A stretch of DNA of 64,000 nucleotides from a virus, in the IMG/VR virus record IMGVR_UViG_3300009124_000001; one strand, 5' to 3'. The notes under the pieces were generated by a model. The model was not told the DNA's origin and made no database searches. It saw only the letters and a program-made list of their open reading frames with translations. Below are positions 1 to 10,063 of this stretch, piece after piece (positions within the stretch are counted from its first letter, which is position 1; each line of letters opens with the position of its first letter). A program made the translations under genes and the position numbers.

Positions 1-935
1 TTAGCACCAACACGAGCAACTGCCTCAGCGTCTTGACCAACAGTCGGAGACACATATTCAATAGAACGAATATGGAATGTGTCCTGAGTAGAGATATTGA
101 TGAAATACTTGATTCTAGTGTTGTTATCAGTCAACACATAGTCAACATAGGGGCGTTGAAGCACACCATTCCTATTGATGATTAGACCGATCTCAGCGAT
201 CGGAGCATATGCAAGATTATCATACTGCATGGTCATAGAATCTTGACCTTGCAGATCTGCAACAGGAGGCAGATCCAATTCCTTAATAATCGAATCGGCA
301 AAACCAATGTAATACAGGATCTGTGTCAGTTCTACCTGATCGTTGCCTGTGCGGGCACGAGGTGCCTCTGTAAAGATGATCTCAGACCCACTGATGGTGT
401 AGTCTACTTGGGGGATCAGAAGGTCCCCATAGATGGTTACAGCGAGGTGTTCAGCAGATACAGGAGATACGGGTGTACCGAGGAATTTAAGATCAAATGT
501 TCTGCGAGTGCCGTCAAAGAACTCCCAAGGAGATTCGAGTGCCTGTCTTTTCTTATTAAATTCTTCAAGAGAGATACCAGGGGTCAGAATAGCATCAGGA
601 CCACGAACGGTATTCTCATAGTAAATGACTTCATTATCAATCATCACCGAACCATTGTTCGGCATAAATCCATCAATCTGTTCGACTTCGATTAGATCGT
701 TGGTGGGATCAACGTCCTTAATCAACACCGTCGAGGACGTTAAAGTCTTCTGGTCGTAAGCATCAATATCCAGATATTTCAGGATGTTGTTCAGAACGTT
801 ATAGGAACGACCTGTCTTCTCCTGAGACTTATAGTATTCAACTAAAAAGTTGATCAGTTGCTCATCCTCATTACGGATGAACTCTGGGAGCTGATTGGCA
901 ACTCTATCAGAAACGTTGATCGTATTTGCGAACAT
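1..935 (-). CDS. gp7: Baseplate wedge initiator gp7 (5' part, runs off window start)
   Basis: Not in ORF track. ATG at 935 reads MFANTINVSDRVANQLPEFIRNEDEQLINFLVEYYKSQE, the typical cyanophage gp7 N-terminus; directly downstream of gp6. Confidence 0.85.
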   Translation of the reverse strand, partial: MFANTINVSDRVANQLPEFIRNEDEQLINFLVEYYKSQEKTGRSYNVLNNILKYLDIDAYDQKTLTSSTVLIKDVDPTNDLIEVEQIDGFMPNNGSVMIDNEVIYYENTVRGPDAILTPGISLEEFNKKRQALESPWEFFDGTRRTFDLKFLGTPVSPVSAEHLAVTIYGDLLIPQVDYTISGSEIIFTEAPRARTGNDQVELTQILYYIGFADSIIKELDLPPVADLQGQDSMTMQYDNLAYAPIAEIGLIINRNGVLQRPYVDYVLTDNNTRIKYFINISTQDTFHIRSIEYVSPTVGQDAEAVARVGA

Positions 936-942
936 TTATCTC

Positions 943-3123
943 TTAGAAACAGGTTTCCGTTTCGGGATACACAAAGGCATCCACGGGGTAGTTGATTGTA
1001 TTTATGCCGCCGCCACCATAGTTCCATCCGTTGAAATTGAACGGATCGAAGTTAGAGATAGCGATGTCATCGACGTTAATATCTCTCGGATAAACCTCTG
1101 GGTTGAAGAGTGTTGGATCAACACCAGCGGGGATCTTGATAGATCCAGGTCCAGGAAGAACAACCACAGGAACTCTTGTAGTTCCATCTGGGGTGTCTGC
1201 AATATTCAAAGGTCCAACACAGACCTGTCCAGTCGAATAATCAACTGTGCCGACAGAGTTGTTCAGAATGACCTCTTTTTCGTTTCTGTTAGTAACCATC
1301 ATCATGTTACCCAGACCATCATCGCGAAGATTGACGGGAACTAGGGTAGTTGTGTTGGTTGTGGATGTGTTGAAGAGAACATTTTCAAGGGTGCTATTAC
1401 CACCTGCCAGAACTGCATCTGATGAAACAGTGCCTGTCAGGAGAGATCCTGCTGCTTCACCAGCAGCAATCAAATCGGCAACCTCTTCGGTATAACCAGT
1501 AGCGTAGAATGTTCCACTCTTGACTGAGGAGAACTTAGGTTTACAAGCGCCACCGCCATTGCCGCCACCATCGCCATCACTACCGCCGTCGCCGCCAGTA
1601 CCGTTCCCATCACCGCCGCCGTACTTATTGGGGTCAGTAATAGGATTGTCAAAGTCCAAACATTGTGTAAACTGATTGCCAAATGTAAATTGATCAAGAT
1701 TTTGTCCCAAAGACATGTGTGTAGTTGTACCAGCAATCGATGTGTCTGACGAATCAATCATCGAATTGAATTTGGACAGTTCCAAGCGACCACCAAAGCG
1801 ATCATTTCGATTCTGAGAGTTGAATTGATCAACAGACTTCAAAATTGCCGATGCAAGTTCATTGGAAGAACGAGATGTCTCGTTTCCATTGAATGTTGGA
1901 TATACTTTTGGTGAGATGTAGAAAATTCTAGGATCGACGATGATCGGTTCGATCGATGCCATAGAATAGTTCAGTAGTTGGTTCCTGATCCTCTTCTTAG
2001 TTGTGGTGTTGAGGTTAACACCTGTCTTGGATCTAACCGAAATGTAAACTTTGCCGTATTCTGGGGGAGACAACTTCTCTCCACCATATGCAGTGACTGA
2101 TGCTGCCTGAGGAAAGAGTTCAGACACTAGATATGCATAGTCTGCCTCAGTTACTGCTCTATTTTGGACAGAGAAAGACTTAGGAGCGCGATATTTGATG
2201 CTCAGACCAGTTTCGCGGTCTTCGCCATCCGCTGCGTTCTCGGTTGTGGTCATTGTGAGCGAAGCTGGCAGCACAATACGACCAGTATTGTCGATCAGAC
2301 GACCAATAAAGTTGAATTTGGTTGCACCATTTGCATCTGGACCATCTGTGTCGAGATATTCGATAGTGATGAACTCATTATCGATCAATTTGCGCCCAAG
2401 AACGCCATCACCGAAGGAAATTTTGTATCTGAGGTCTTCTGTCTCTTCAATAAAGTAAATACGAGAGGTAGAATCAAGTGCTGTGATGTTTTTGGCCAAC
2501 GAATACTCGTCAACTTCCACAGACTGCTCGTTTGGACGCACTAAAACTTTGATTCTTTCAGTATCTACGTTCTCGGATGGGATAATGTACTCAGGTCTAG
2601 CAGTATCATCAACTGTGTAACTATAACTGAGCAGGTTGCCCTGATAAATTGTAATTTTCGAGAAGGTAGCAATACCAGTGTTCTGGTCAACGTTACCTTT
2701 AACAGTATTCAGCAATGCATAAGTGTAAGATTCACCATCAACATTAGTGACGAAGACATCGCCCTTCTCAATTGTAACTGTGTCGGGGTAAGATTGCCCA
2801 CCAGGCAGAGTTGCCGCCTGTACGGTCATAGAAACGCACGCTCTGGACGATTTCTTAGACCTGGGGGTATACCCAATCTGCTTGGCGATCCTTACGATGT
2901 TGTCTCTAACAGTCGCAGATTCGAGGAACGCCTCATTCATCGACATGTTTGCCGTGAATGCTGCATAATATGTGTTGTATGCTAAGATATCGATCAAATA
3001 TGAGGCAGCAGATCCCTCAAAATCATAATCCGTGAACTCTTTACGAGTCCTCAGATAAGATCTGATAGATTCTTTGATCTCAAAAAAGTCTAGTGACGTT
3101 AATTCTGACGGAAGTGCTGCCAT
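943..3123 (-). CDS. gp6: Baseplate wedge subunit gp6
   Basis: LDFFEIKESIRSYL..FTDYDFEGS..LAYNTYY..NEAFLESA; QNRAVTEADY; PPEYGKVYIS. Confidence 0.95.
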   Translation of the reverse strand: MAALPSELTSLDFFEIKESIRSYLRTRKEFTDYDFEGSAASYLIDILAYNTYYAAFTANMSMNEAFLESATVRDNIVRIAKQIGYTPRSKKSSRACVSMTVQAATLPGGQSYPDTVTIEKGDVFVTNVDGESYTYALLNTVKGNVDQNTGIATFSKITIYQGNLLSYSYTVDDTARPEYIIPSENVDTERIKVLVRPNEQSVEVDEYSLAKNITALDSTSRIYFIEETEDLRYKISFGDGVLGRKLIDNEFITIEYLDTDGPDANGATKFNFIGRLIDNTGRIVLPASLTMTTTENAADGEDRETGLSIKYRAPKSFSVQNRAVTEADYAYLVSELFPQAASVTAYGGEKLSPPEYGKVYISVRSKTGVNLNTTTKKRIRNQLLNYSMASIEPIIVDPRIFYISPKVYPTFNGNETSRSSNELASAILKSVDQFNSQNRNDRFGGRLELSKFNSMIDSSDTSIAGTTTHMSLGQNLDQFTFGNQFTQCLDFDNPITDPNKYGGGDGNGTGGDGGSDGDGGGNGGGACKPKFSSVKSGTFYATGYTEEVADLIAAGEAAGSLLTGTVSSDAVLAGGNSTLENVLFNTSTTNTTTLVPVNLRDDGLGNMMMVTNRNEKEVILNNSVGTVDYSTGQVCVGPLNIADTPDGTTRVPVVVLPGPGSIKIPAGVDPTLFNPEVYPRDINVDDIAISNFDPFNFNGWNYGGGGINTINYPVDAFVYPETETCF

Positions 3124-3124
3124 T

Positions 3125-3538
3125 TTACGTTCTTTCTAAGAGGAATTCGATTACTTGAACTAATTCTTCACCGACAAGACGATATTCAATAGCAACATCA
3201 ACGGTTTGTTCATCATCAGAAAGACCAACCACAACATCTTCAATCTCAACACGCGGTTCAAGTCTCTCAATCGTGTTGATAATTTCATCCCTAATGTCCT
3301 CAGACGTAAAAACGTCGAAAGGTTCAAACAAAAGTCCTGTTACACGAGACCCAATGTCAAATTGAAAGGGTCTATCACCAAAATTTGTCAAGATAAGGTT
3401 CCGAACGGACTGCTTGATAGCATTCTCATTCTTGACAGTGCTAAAATCCTCCGTATTCGGGTTCTGGTTAAAGGACATAGCGAAATCCTTGTACCCCCGT
3501 GAGAGAAATTGCTCTGATCGGAACCTATACCTTGACAT
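3125..3538 (-). CDS. gp25: Baseplate wedge subunit gp25
   Basis: AIKQSVRNLILTNFGDRPF..GS..LLFE..IERLEPRV. Confidence 0.95.
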   Translation of the reverse strand: MSRYRFRSEQFLSRGYKDFAMSFNQNPNTEDFSTVKNENAIKQSVRNLILTNFGDRPFQFDIGSRVTGLLFEPFDVFTSEDIRDEIINTIERLEPRVEIEDVVVGLSDDEQTVDVAIEYRLVGEELVQVIEFLLERT

Positions 3539-3553
3539 TATGACTGATATTTA

Positions 3554-3769
3554 TCAGTGTTCTGGATTATTTATAGGGTCAGGTGGAGTATTATATTTTA
3601 AGAACTCGCGAAATGTCATTTTCATTTCGCGCTGAGACATGCCACAGTGTGCAGCGGCATTTGGAAGGTTCATCGTCGCATGAAAAAGTCCAAGATTTGA
3701 CTCTTGGACCAGTTCTGGCGTCGTTTCGACCTTAGGTTCCTTGACCACGGTAACGTTTCTGCTTGCCAT
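3554..3769 (-). CDS. Hypothetical cyanophage protein
   Basis: Start trimmed to MASRNV; MNLPNAAAHCGMSQREMKMTF segment. Confidence 0.6.
   Translation of the reverse strand: MASRNVTVVKEPKVETTPELVQESNLGLFHATMNLPNAAAHCGMSQREMKMTFREFLKYNTPPDPINNPEH
3568..3575 (-). promoter_or_regulatory. T4-type late promoter upstream of gp25
   Basis: Exact TATAAATA on minus, 30 nt before gp25 ATG. Confidence 0.75.
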
Positions 3770-3881
3770 TTCGTGAAGTTGCGCTGAGTGAGGTGTTTTT
3801 CGATCGACCTTGACGGGTCTTTTTGGGTTTGCCAGGTTGCCAGTCAACCTTGACGACGCCTACTTTTGATCGTGCTGCCAT
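3732..3881 (-). CDS. Small basic hypothetical protein
   Basis: MAARSKVG..KKTRQG..KRYRGQG, Lys/Arg-rich; start trimmed. Confidence 0.65.
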   Translation of the reverse strand: MAARSKVGVVKVDWQPGKPKKTRQGRSKNTSLSATSRNGKQKRYRGQGT

Positions 3882-3900
3882 TTTTCTCCGTTTTAGGACC

Positions 3901-4443
3901 CTAAGATGATAGCACATTAGGTGACCCATACGCAACTACGCTGTTGCAGGGGTAAGACCACCCCATCCAACCAGGAGTTCCGATGCCCAGCGGATCTAGA
4001 ACTCGTCCGACAGGCAATTTGTTGGCAAAAACAGTCAATGTTGAAGAGAATAGGAACCTGATATGCCCTGTTCCTGCATTATCTTCGATTGTTAGGATTG
4101 AACAAGGTTCAGGAGTTGGCACTGGGCACAGGCCATTTTGGCAAGGACACATGTAGATGACAATATTTGTACACACTGAGACGTGTGGAGTGAACTGATC
4201 ACCAAAAGTCATTGCAGGAAGACCATTCACAAGCACAGTTGCCTTAATTGGATTGAGTGCAGTAAGAGGAACCAGTGGTTGTGGTGGCCACCAACAAGTC
4301 CATTCCTTGATTACGATCGAATATGGAATAGGCGGTGTCTTACATGCCTGCACAGAGTGTACTGTGGGAGGCACACAGATGCCGTGTCCTGAGTCTGGAA
4401 GACCCGTGATCGGTGCTATTGGTAGTAGGAGACCAAATGCCAT
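3901..4443 (-). CDS. PAAR-like spike tip protein (gp5.4-like), Cys-rich
   Basis: DSGHG, TVLVNGLPAMTFGD..H, TVFANKLPVGRVLD, C..V..GSPNV PAAR-type repeats. Confidence 0.8.
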   Translation of the reverse strand: MAFGLLLPIAPITGLPDSGHGICVPPTVHSVQACKTPPIPYSIVIKEWTCWWPPQPLVPLTALNPIKATVLVNGLPAMTFGDQFTPHVSVCTNIVIYMCPCQNGLCPVPTPEPCSILTIEDNAGTGHIRFLFSSTLTVFANKLPVGRVLDPLGIGTPGWMGWSYPCNSVVAYGSPNVLSS

Positions 4444-4446
4444 GTA

Positions 4447-7400
4447 TTATCCGTTAAAGAGGTTGTCTACGTCAGTAGAGAAGTCTGAGATGGTGGTGTT
4501 AACTTCGTCTTGATAGTCATAATCAGCATCGTAGAAGTCTTTCCAAGAGTCATCAGTGAACTTGATGTCCTTCGCACTGCTGTATTGCTTCCTCAGAAGT
4601 TTCTTATCACCAGGATCGTAACTAGAATTATGTATCTTCCTTTGTTTGATTGGTGGATTGGCGTTGATCACCTCAATTCTATTGGCAAAGACACCACCAG
4701 AGCACTCATCAAAGTAAGGATTGCCCATCTGCTTAGCAGTTTGACCAAAGACCATTGCTGATCCAGCACTCCAATTCTTAATTCCAAGTACACCTGAGTA
4801 TGGTCCCATCTTCATTCCTAACTGATCCATCACCTGAGGGTCAATAGAGATAGACAAATCATTCACATATTCCAAACAGAACTCATTTTGGTTAGCAGCA
4901 GAGGAGCTGCCAGTACCAAACAGCAGTGCATAGAGATATGAGATACCAAAGAAGCATGTAAATGTGGTGGGATATCCTTGATAGATCTGAGATTCCCAGA
5001 AAGTTTCACCATTAGTCCTTCCCTGAGTATTGTTTTCTCCACCTCCTTGCACATAATATGCGCTGTACACGTCGAGAACGCCATTAGCGTTGCCATTTCC
5101 GCCAGTTCTCTTTACATAGGTGTCCCAACATTCATGTTTTGGCATCCCATTCTGCAATCTTTCGACGGATGCAGTGTAAAATGAGGGGTTTGTGAACGAT
5201 CCACCAGGGGTTGTAGTTGTAGTGGACTGCCCTGTATTGGGGTCAACGGTAGTTGTTGACGATGATGGGACGGTATATGAGTCTTGTCTAGTGCGATATG
5301 AGAACAAATTGTCCCCTAACCAGACAGCCAGTTGTTCCAACTCAGTGAATCCACTCCTCTGCCAGTCAAAAGTGTTCTCTTCGAGACCCACAGGGACGAA
5401 AACAATGTCATTTCCACCCGAAGGGTCCCAATAACAACGTCCTTCAACCACCTGACCACCCGCTGCAAGCGATCTACGACACTTCCAGCACTTCCTTTTG
5501 TCCCCAACGACCACTGGACGAGGTTCCGTAAGTGTTGGCCGCGGCAATCCATGCAAGAAATCCATGAAATCTTCACCAGATGGACCAGTCGTCTTACCTC
5601 TAATCGACAAATTGATCTTCAAGTTGGCATCATCTGCGGTAGATCCACAATATTTGTAGACAATCCACCCAAATGCTCTACCAGTCTCGTTATCAATGTA
5701 AGGACAAGGTAGGTCAACGAACCTAGTTACGTTGTAAAACTTTGGTTGTGGGATCTGAATGCACTCCTGACCGTTATTCCAACCGAAGAAACTGGACAAT
5801 CTGCCCGCAGTGTTGTCAGCTTCTGCTGCTGCACTCTGAACCAATGGATATTGAGTGCTCATCATCTCCTTAAACTGCTCATTATTCCCCGTAATGTTCT
5901 TGACATCCTTCACTGTGAACAGAGAACCTGATACTAATTGCGGGAATTGGATATTTACACAACTCCCTGGGAGATTGCTACACAGAGATGTGACCTCAAC
6001 ATCATCTACTTCACCGATTTTGATGTATCCAGTAGGGTAGGTTGCGTTGAAACCATTCATCATTGTCTTGAAAGATCCAATAGTTCCGTCCTCCATGACG
6101 GAAAGGAACCCATCGATGTCATCACCTTCCTTCACTTTGCCTTTGAGGACATCTTTCAGTGTTTGTCTATTGGCAGTAACCGTGCCTTGACCTTCAATTT
6201 TATAGTCTTGCTTGTTGCTATTGGGGTTGAATGTATCACTAACAGCAGATTGTGCCTTTGTAGTGTTAGGTCCACGCATCTTGTATTGTTCGTTTTCAAC
6301 TTCAACCACAAAGATCTTGGGAGGATTGTTAGGATTAGTGTCATAACCCCTACCTCTATCTTTGATTAGAACCTCAACAATAGATCCATCCTTGTTCACC
6401 TTGGTAATTTCAAGGATAGCGGGACGCATTTTACCCTTACGACGAGACTCACTACTGGATACTCGTAGTTGCTTGTCTTTAATTTTCACTCTTTGTAGAA
6501 CTTTTTTGTTCTTTCTCTTGTCAGAACCCTCAATCTTGATGTCACTATTGTTAGCATAGGGATACTCTTCCCTACGTTCCTGCATATTGCTCTCGTAGTC
6601 ATCACGTAGAACTGCGGCAGTGTTCTTCTGAATCCTCTTGAATCCAAAGTTCAGGTCTTCACCATCATAGTTTTCGAGTTTGTTAGTCGGTGATCTGAAC
6701 TTGGGTGCGTCAAATTCAAACTGCTGTGCCACTTCTCTTGCCATATCCATGGCACCATACTCACTGAGTAGAGTAGGTTCTTGAATATGTGCCACAGGAT
6801 TCTTATATCCAAACCCAGCATTGGTGATAATGACGGATTCGATACGTCCATCTTCATCAACTGTGCAGGTAAGTTCTGCCTGATCAATAGTTCTTTGGTG
6901 TACCAGTGCGGTACTATCGATCTCTACCTTGTAGTAACTGAGTTTCTTGGGGAATTCATACACCCCAAAGAACCCTGCCTTGTCCTTAATCCCATATCCA
7001 GCAAGAACTTCGATGGATGCAGCATCTCTACCTGCTGGTGTAAACGTCTGACCTGCGGTAAATGCTTCCCCTTTGCCTTGCAGTTCCATGTAACCACAAC
7101 GCAACTTGTTACCAAAGTAGGCATACTCCGCAATTTCCCATCCATTGATGATGTCACCTGCCTTGAATCTATCCAGACCACCACTGGTATACCTGAACAA
7201 GATAGTCCTAGACTCAGTATCTACGGGTTTGAATGAATTCTCTACGCTCTCATTCGAGAAATCAGTCAGTTGTAGTTTAGTTTGTGTGGTCTTCCACGAG
7301 TCTTGACGGATCTCATAGAAGTGTGAGAAGTATTCTTTGGTGATAAGAGACTCATCGCACACACATCTCCTCAATGCTTGGTTGCCACTGGGGTCATTGT

Positions 7401-8754
7401 GAGATCTATTAGGACACTGATTGCGGTCACTGATAGAATACTGCACAGAAAAGATAGGACCTTTCCATGGATATGAGGTATCGAAGATATAATATACAAA
7501 CTGTGAGTCAAATGCGGAGTGAAATTCTAGATACTTAGGTACAGAACCCTTGACAGCACCTGCTTTTCCGTATGCCCACTCGAATAATGCGTCAGTATTG
7601 AGGATCTCACAGTAGTCTGGGTTACCCCATCTGGAATCTGGGTGCTTGGTGATGGAATATGTTTTCAGTCGATAGAAAGAATTGCGGAAATTGGTGACAG
7701 CAGTAGACAACATACCGTACTGGTCGTACGCTCTCAGGGGTCCTGCGTCAGCATCGAACTGATATTCATAGTTCTCATGAGTAAAGATGCCAGGAGATGT
7801 ATTAGGAAGTAAGTAGTGACCTGCAAGATCAGGTGCTTCCCAGTCATACCAACCAGCACGAGTCGCATAACTTACAGGGGCACCATAACCAGTAGGTCCA
7901 ATGATACCAACATCCTGATAGATCCTTCTGTTGCCAGAGTCAGAATCACTCAGGAAGACATAACCCACAATACCAACATACTGATATTCTTCGCCACGAG
8001 GATCCTTACAGTCAGGAACACCAGAAATACCTGTTTGTAGATTTACCTCGGTGGCAGGGTTTGCCGTATAGAAGTGATCTCTCTTACCACTAGATGATGG
8101 TCTGTAATACTCATACAGCGGTACAGCAGTCTCTCCACTCTCTGCATAGATGTTTGCATTGGAAAGAGATGAATAGATATGTCCAATCGTCTCAATGAAT
8201 ACATACCCACTACCAGGAGACGAACCACTCGTCGTCAACCATGTATCATTAATATCATTGTTATACCAATGGTTTAGAGGATTTGTGTAACTGCCCTTGT
8301 CGTTTCTAGAAACATAGAATACTGGGTCACCACGACGAGGTTCTCTGTTATATTGTTTTGCTACACCACTACCCCTACCTGTCTGTTCGCCAGTAAAGTC
8401 AGCAGGCCAACGTAGAGCAGAGCGGGGAGTGTACTTATGATCTCTATTGTCTTCACCAGAACGAAACCAACGATAGATTGGTTGTCTGAAAAAATCACAT
8501 TCTTCGATCTGTCCTAGACCAGGAATGAAACATGACTCATCATTATCCCCAATGTAGAACACGCGGTCCTGACCAAACACACTCCCCCCAGGACCATCGT
8601 CATCAAACGTGATACGATAGTTGGTCCCAGGTCCAGAGTGGTGTTGATAGGATTCGTAGTCGCCATCACTAGGACGCTGCCAAGTTTTCTGATACTCCTT
8701 GCCGTCGTCAATATTCGGAAAACTTCTCGCAGTGTCACTAATATAAATGCTCAT
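4447..8754 (-). CDS. Large virion structural protein (1435 aa)
   Basis: Long ORF in structural operon; N-terminal PIYRWF..DHKYT / PLYEYY..DHFYT repeats; IITNAGFGY and IKDRGRGY beta modules. Confidence 0.75.
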   Translation of the reverse strand: MSIYISDTARSFPNIDDGKEYQKTWQRPSDGDYESYQHHSGPGTNYRITFDDDGPGGSVFGQDRVFYIGDNDESCFIPGLGQIEECDFFRQPIYRWFRSGEDNRDHKYTPRSALRWPADFTGEQTGRGSGVAKQYNREPRRGDPVFYVSRNDKGSYTNPLNHWYNNDINDTWLTTSGSSPGSGYVFIETIGHIYSSLSNANIYAESGETAVPLYEYYRPSSSGKRDHFYTANPATEVNLQTGISGVPDCKDPRGEEYQYVGIVGYVFLSDSDSGNRRIYQDVGIIGPTGYGAPVSYATRAGWYDWEAPDLAGHYLLPNTSPGIFTHENYEYQFDADAGPLRAYDQYGMLSTAVTNFRNSFYRLKTYSITKHPDSRWGNPDYCEILNTDALFEWAYGKAGAVKGSVPKYLEFHSAFDSQFVYYIFDTSYPWKGPIFSVQYSISDRNQCPNRSHNDPSGNQALRRCVCDESLITKEYFSHFYEIRQDSWKTTQTKLQLTDFSNESVENSFKPVDTESRTILFRYTSGGLDRFKAGDIINGWEIAEYAYFGNKLRCGYMELQGKGEAFTAGQTFTPAGRDAASIEVLAGYGIKDKAGFFGVYEFPKKLSYYKVEIDSTALVHQRTIDQAELTCTVDEDGRIESVIITNAGFGYKNPVAHIQEPTLLSEYGAMDMAREVAQQFEFDAPKFRSPTNKLENYDGEDLNFGFKRIQKNTAAVLRDDYESNMQERREEYPYANNSDIKIEGSDKRKNKKVLQRVKIKDKQLRVSSSESRRKGKMRPAILEITKVNKDGSIVEVLIKDRGRGYDTNPNNPPKIFVVEVENEQYKMRGPNTTKAQSAVSDTFNPNSNKQDYKIEGQGTVTANRQTLKDVLKGKVKEGDDIDGFLSVMEDGTIGSFKTMMNGFNATYPTGYIKIGEVDDVEVTSLCSNLPGSCVNIQFPQLVSGSLFTVKDVKNITGNNEQFKEMMSTQYPLVQSAAAEADNTAGRLSSFFGWNNGQECIQIPQPKFYNVTRFVDLPCPYIDNETGRAFGWIVYKYCGSTADDANLKINLSIRGKTTGPSGEDFMDFLHGLPRPTLTEPRPVVVGDKRKCWKCRRSLAAGGQVVEGRCYWDPSGGNDIVFVPVGLEENTFDWQRSGFTELEQLAVWLGDNLFSYRTRQDSYTVPSSSTTTVDPNTGQSTTTTTPGGSFTNPSFYTASVERLQNGMPKHECWDTYVKRTGGNGNANGVLDVYSAYYVQGGGENNTQGRTNGETFWESQIYQGYPTTFTCFFGISYLYALLFGTGSSSAANQNEFCLEYVNDLSISIDPQVMDQLGMKMGPYSGVLGIKNWSAGSAMVFGQTAKQMGNPYFDECSGGVFANRIEVINANPPIKQRKIHNSSYDPGDKKLLRKQYSSAKDIKFTDDSWKDFYDADYDYQDEVNTTISDFSTDVDNLFNG

Positions 8755-9005
8755 TAGGGTTCAAGGACCTTAATTCTATCTTCCAACATATTTAGGCGGA
8801 CATACAGATCATCGAAGAGTTCCCGCATGTTGAGATAGTCCTCATACCCTTCTGGTTTATATTTGAGCATATCGGGTCCAGGTTGCGGCATGTGTCCGAA
8901 TGCCTTCTCCAATACACCAATTCTATTGCCAAGATTCTCTAACCCTTTGGCAATCATCTCCATGTGCTCTTTATACACATCAAGGAATTCTTCTTGTTGA
9001 TTCAT
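8754..9005 (-). CDS. Hypothetical coiled-coil protein
   Basis: Overlaps both neighbours at start/stop. Confidence 0.75.
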   Translation of the reverse strand: MNQQEEFLDVYKEHMEMIAKGLENLGNRIGVLEKAFGHMPQPGPDMLKYKPEGYEDYLNMRELFDDLYVRLNMLEDRIKVLEP

Positions 9006-9637
9006 AGGAATGGTACTGATAACATCATTTCATTGTTGGGTTCATATTCCTTACAATACATCATTGCTTCCGTAGTGTAAAGATCCCAGGCAAGTGCAAT
9101 ACGAAGATCATCTGATTCATTCGTTTCTACCTTGTGCTCTACCCATGATGGAAAGAGTGTCACCGTGCCTGCTTTCGGCATTGGTTTGAAGTTTCCCCCA
9201 TATGTAGAATATCCTGGTATCACATATTCTGTTGGTATCTTACTATCAGTCAATAACATATTACCTGATAGGAATGTGTTCTCATGTATTGAATGATGAT
9301 GAATAGGTAATGCTTCCCCTGGTTTCAATACATTGAACCATCCACGAATCCATACTCCTGTTGGCATCTCATATACAATCTGATTAGCAAATTGTGAGTA
9401 CATACTTTCAAGAATATCAAGAAGACCATAAATGTCCTCCTGAAAATAATTCTGCTCATACCATGGGGTGTTGGGATTCTGGGAAAGAATTTTTTCCACA
9501 AGTTCTATCCGAACACTGTCTACCCACATCGGCGCATCTACCAATGGCGCGAAGCGAGTATTAGGTTCCCAACTCCGCCACCAATATAACTTGTCGGAAG
9601 TACCGTAACGTCTCCCTGCACAATCCTCAATACTCAT
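9002..9637 (-). CDS. 2OG-Fe(II) oxygenase (HxH..H, TIGR02466-like)
   Basis: WFNV..HHH..LSG; FPSWVEHKV; RIALAW. Confidence 0.85.
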   Translation of the reverse strand: MSIEDCAGRRYGTSDKLYWWRSWEPNTRFAPLVDAPMWVDSVRIELVEKILSQNPNTPWYEQNYFQEDIYGLLDILESMYSQFANQIVYEMPTGVWIRGWFNVLKPGEALPIHHHSIHENTFLSGNMLLTDSKIPTEYVIPGYSTYGGNFKPMPKAGTVTLFPSWVEHKVETNESDDLRIALAWDLYTTEAMMYCKEYEPNNEMMLSVPFL

Positions 9638-9673
9638 AGATAACCACGCGGATTTTTTCTCGGATTTTTTTTC

Positions 9674-9841
9674 TTAGATATCCTCTGACTTTTTCAGAAG
9701 AATAGTACCATCAATATCTTCACTCCATTCTAGAACGTCCCCTTCGACCCATCCGAGTTCCTCGATGAGTTCCTCTGGAAAGGTGATGTAAGGATTGTCA
9801 GACTCGTCTACTTGCACTGGGATAGTGTATCTCTTTGACAT
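9674..9841 (-). CDS. AbrB/MazE/SpoVT-like DNA-binding protein (55 aa)
   Basis: Manual translation MSKRYTIPVQVDESDNPYITFPEELIEELGWVEGDVLEWSEDIDGTILLKKSEDI. Confidence 0.75.
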   Translation of the reverse strand: MSKRYTIPVQVDESDNPYITFPEELIEELGWVEGDVLEWSEDIDGTILLKKSEDI

Positions 9842-9928
9842 GGGAATAATTCTCTAATATTTGTATATATGAGTATTCCCCCCAATACTGAGAAAGAACC
9901 CCCTTGTAGGGGATTCTAGGGGGGTCTC

Positions 9929-10063
9929 TCAGTCTTTCTCAGCACTCTCCCCTTCGGGGGGTGAACCTATGAGAGGTTCTGTGCCGTACTCCCAGTCATC
10001 GTAGTCCTCGTCATTGCGAATCTTTTTGTGGAGCTCGTTCTGTTGATTGAAGTCGTGTGTCAT
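9929..10063 (-). CDS. Small acidic hypothetical protein (44 aa)
   Basis: Manual translation MTHDFNQQNELHKKIRNDEDYDDWEYGTEP..; GAGGA RBS upstream. Confidence 0.6.
   Translation of the reverse strand: MTHDFNQQNELHKKIRNDEDYDDWEYGTEPLIGSPPEGESAEKD

Noticed and set aside
1550-1622. Gly-rich insert in gp6 (and the Ser/Thr/Gly tail of gp53)
   Set aside because: Low-complexity linkers with no further supporting signal
9492-9500. Isolated TTTTCCACA matches (also near 25390 and 28056)
   Set aside because: Single copies inside coding sequence, compatible with chance
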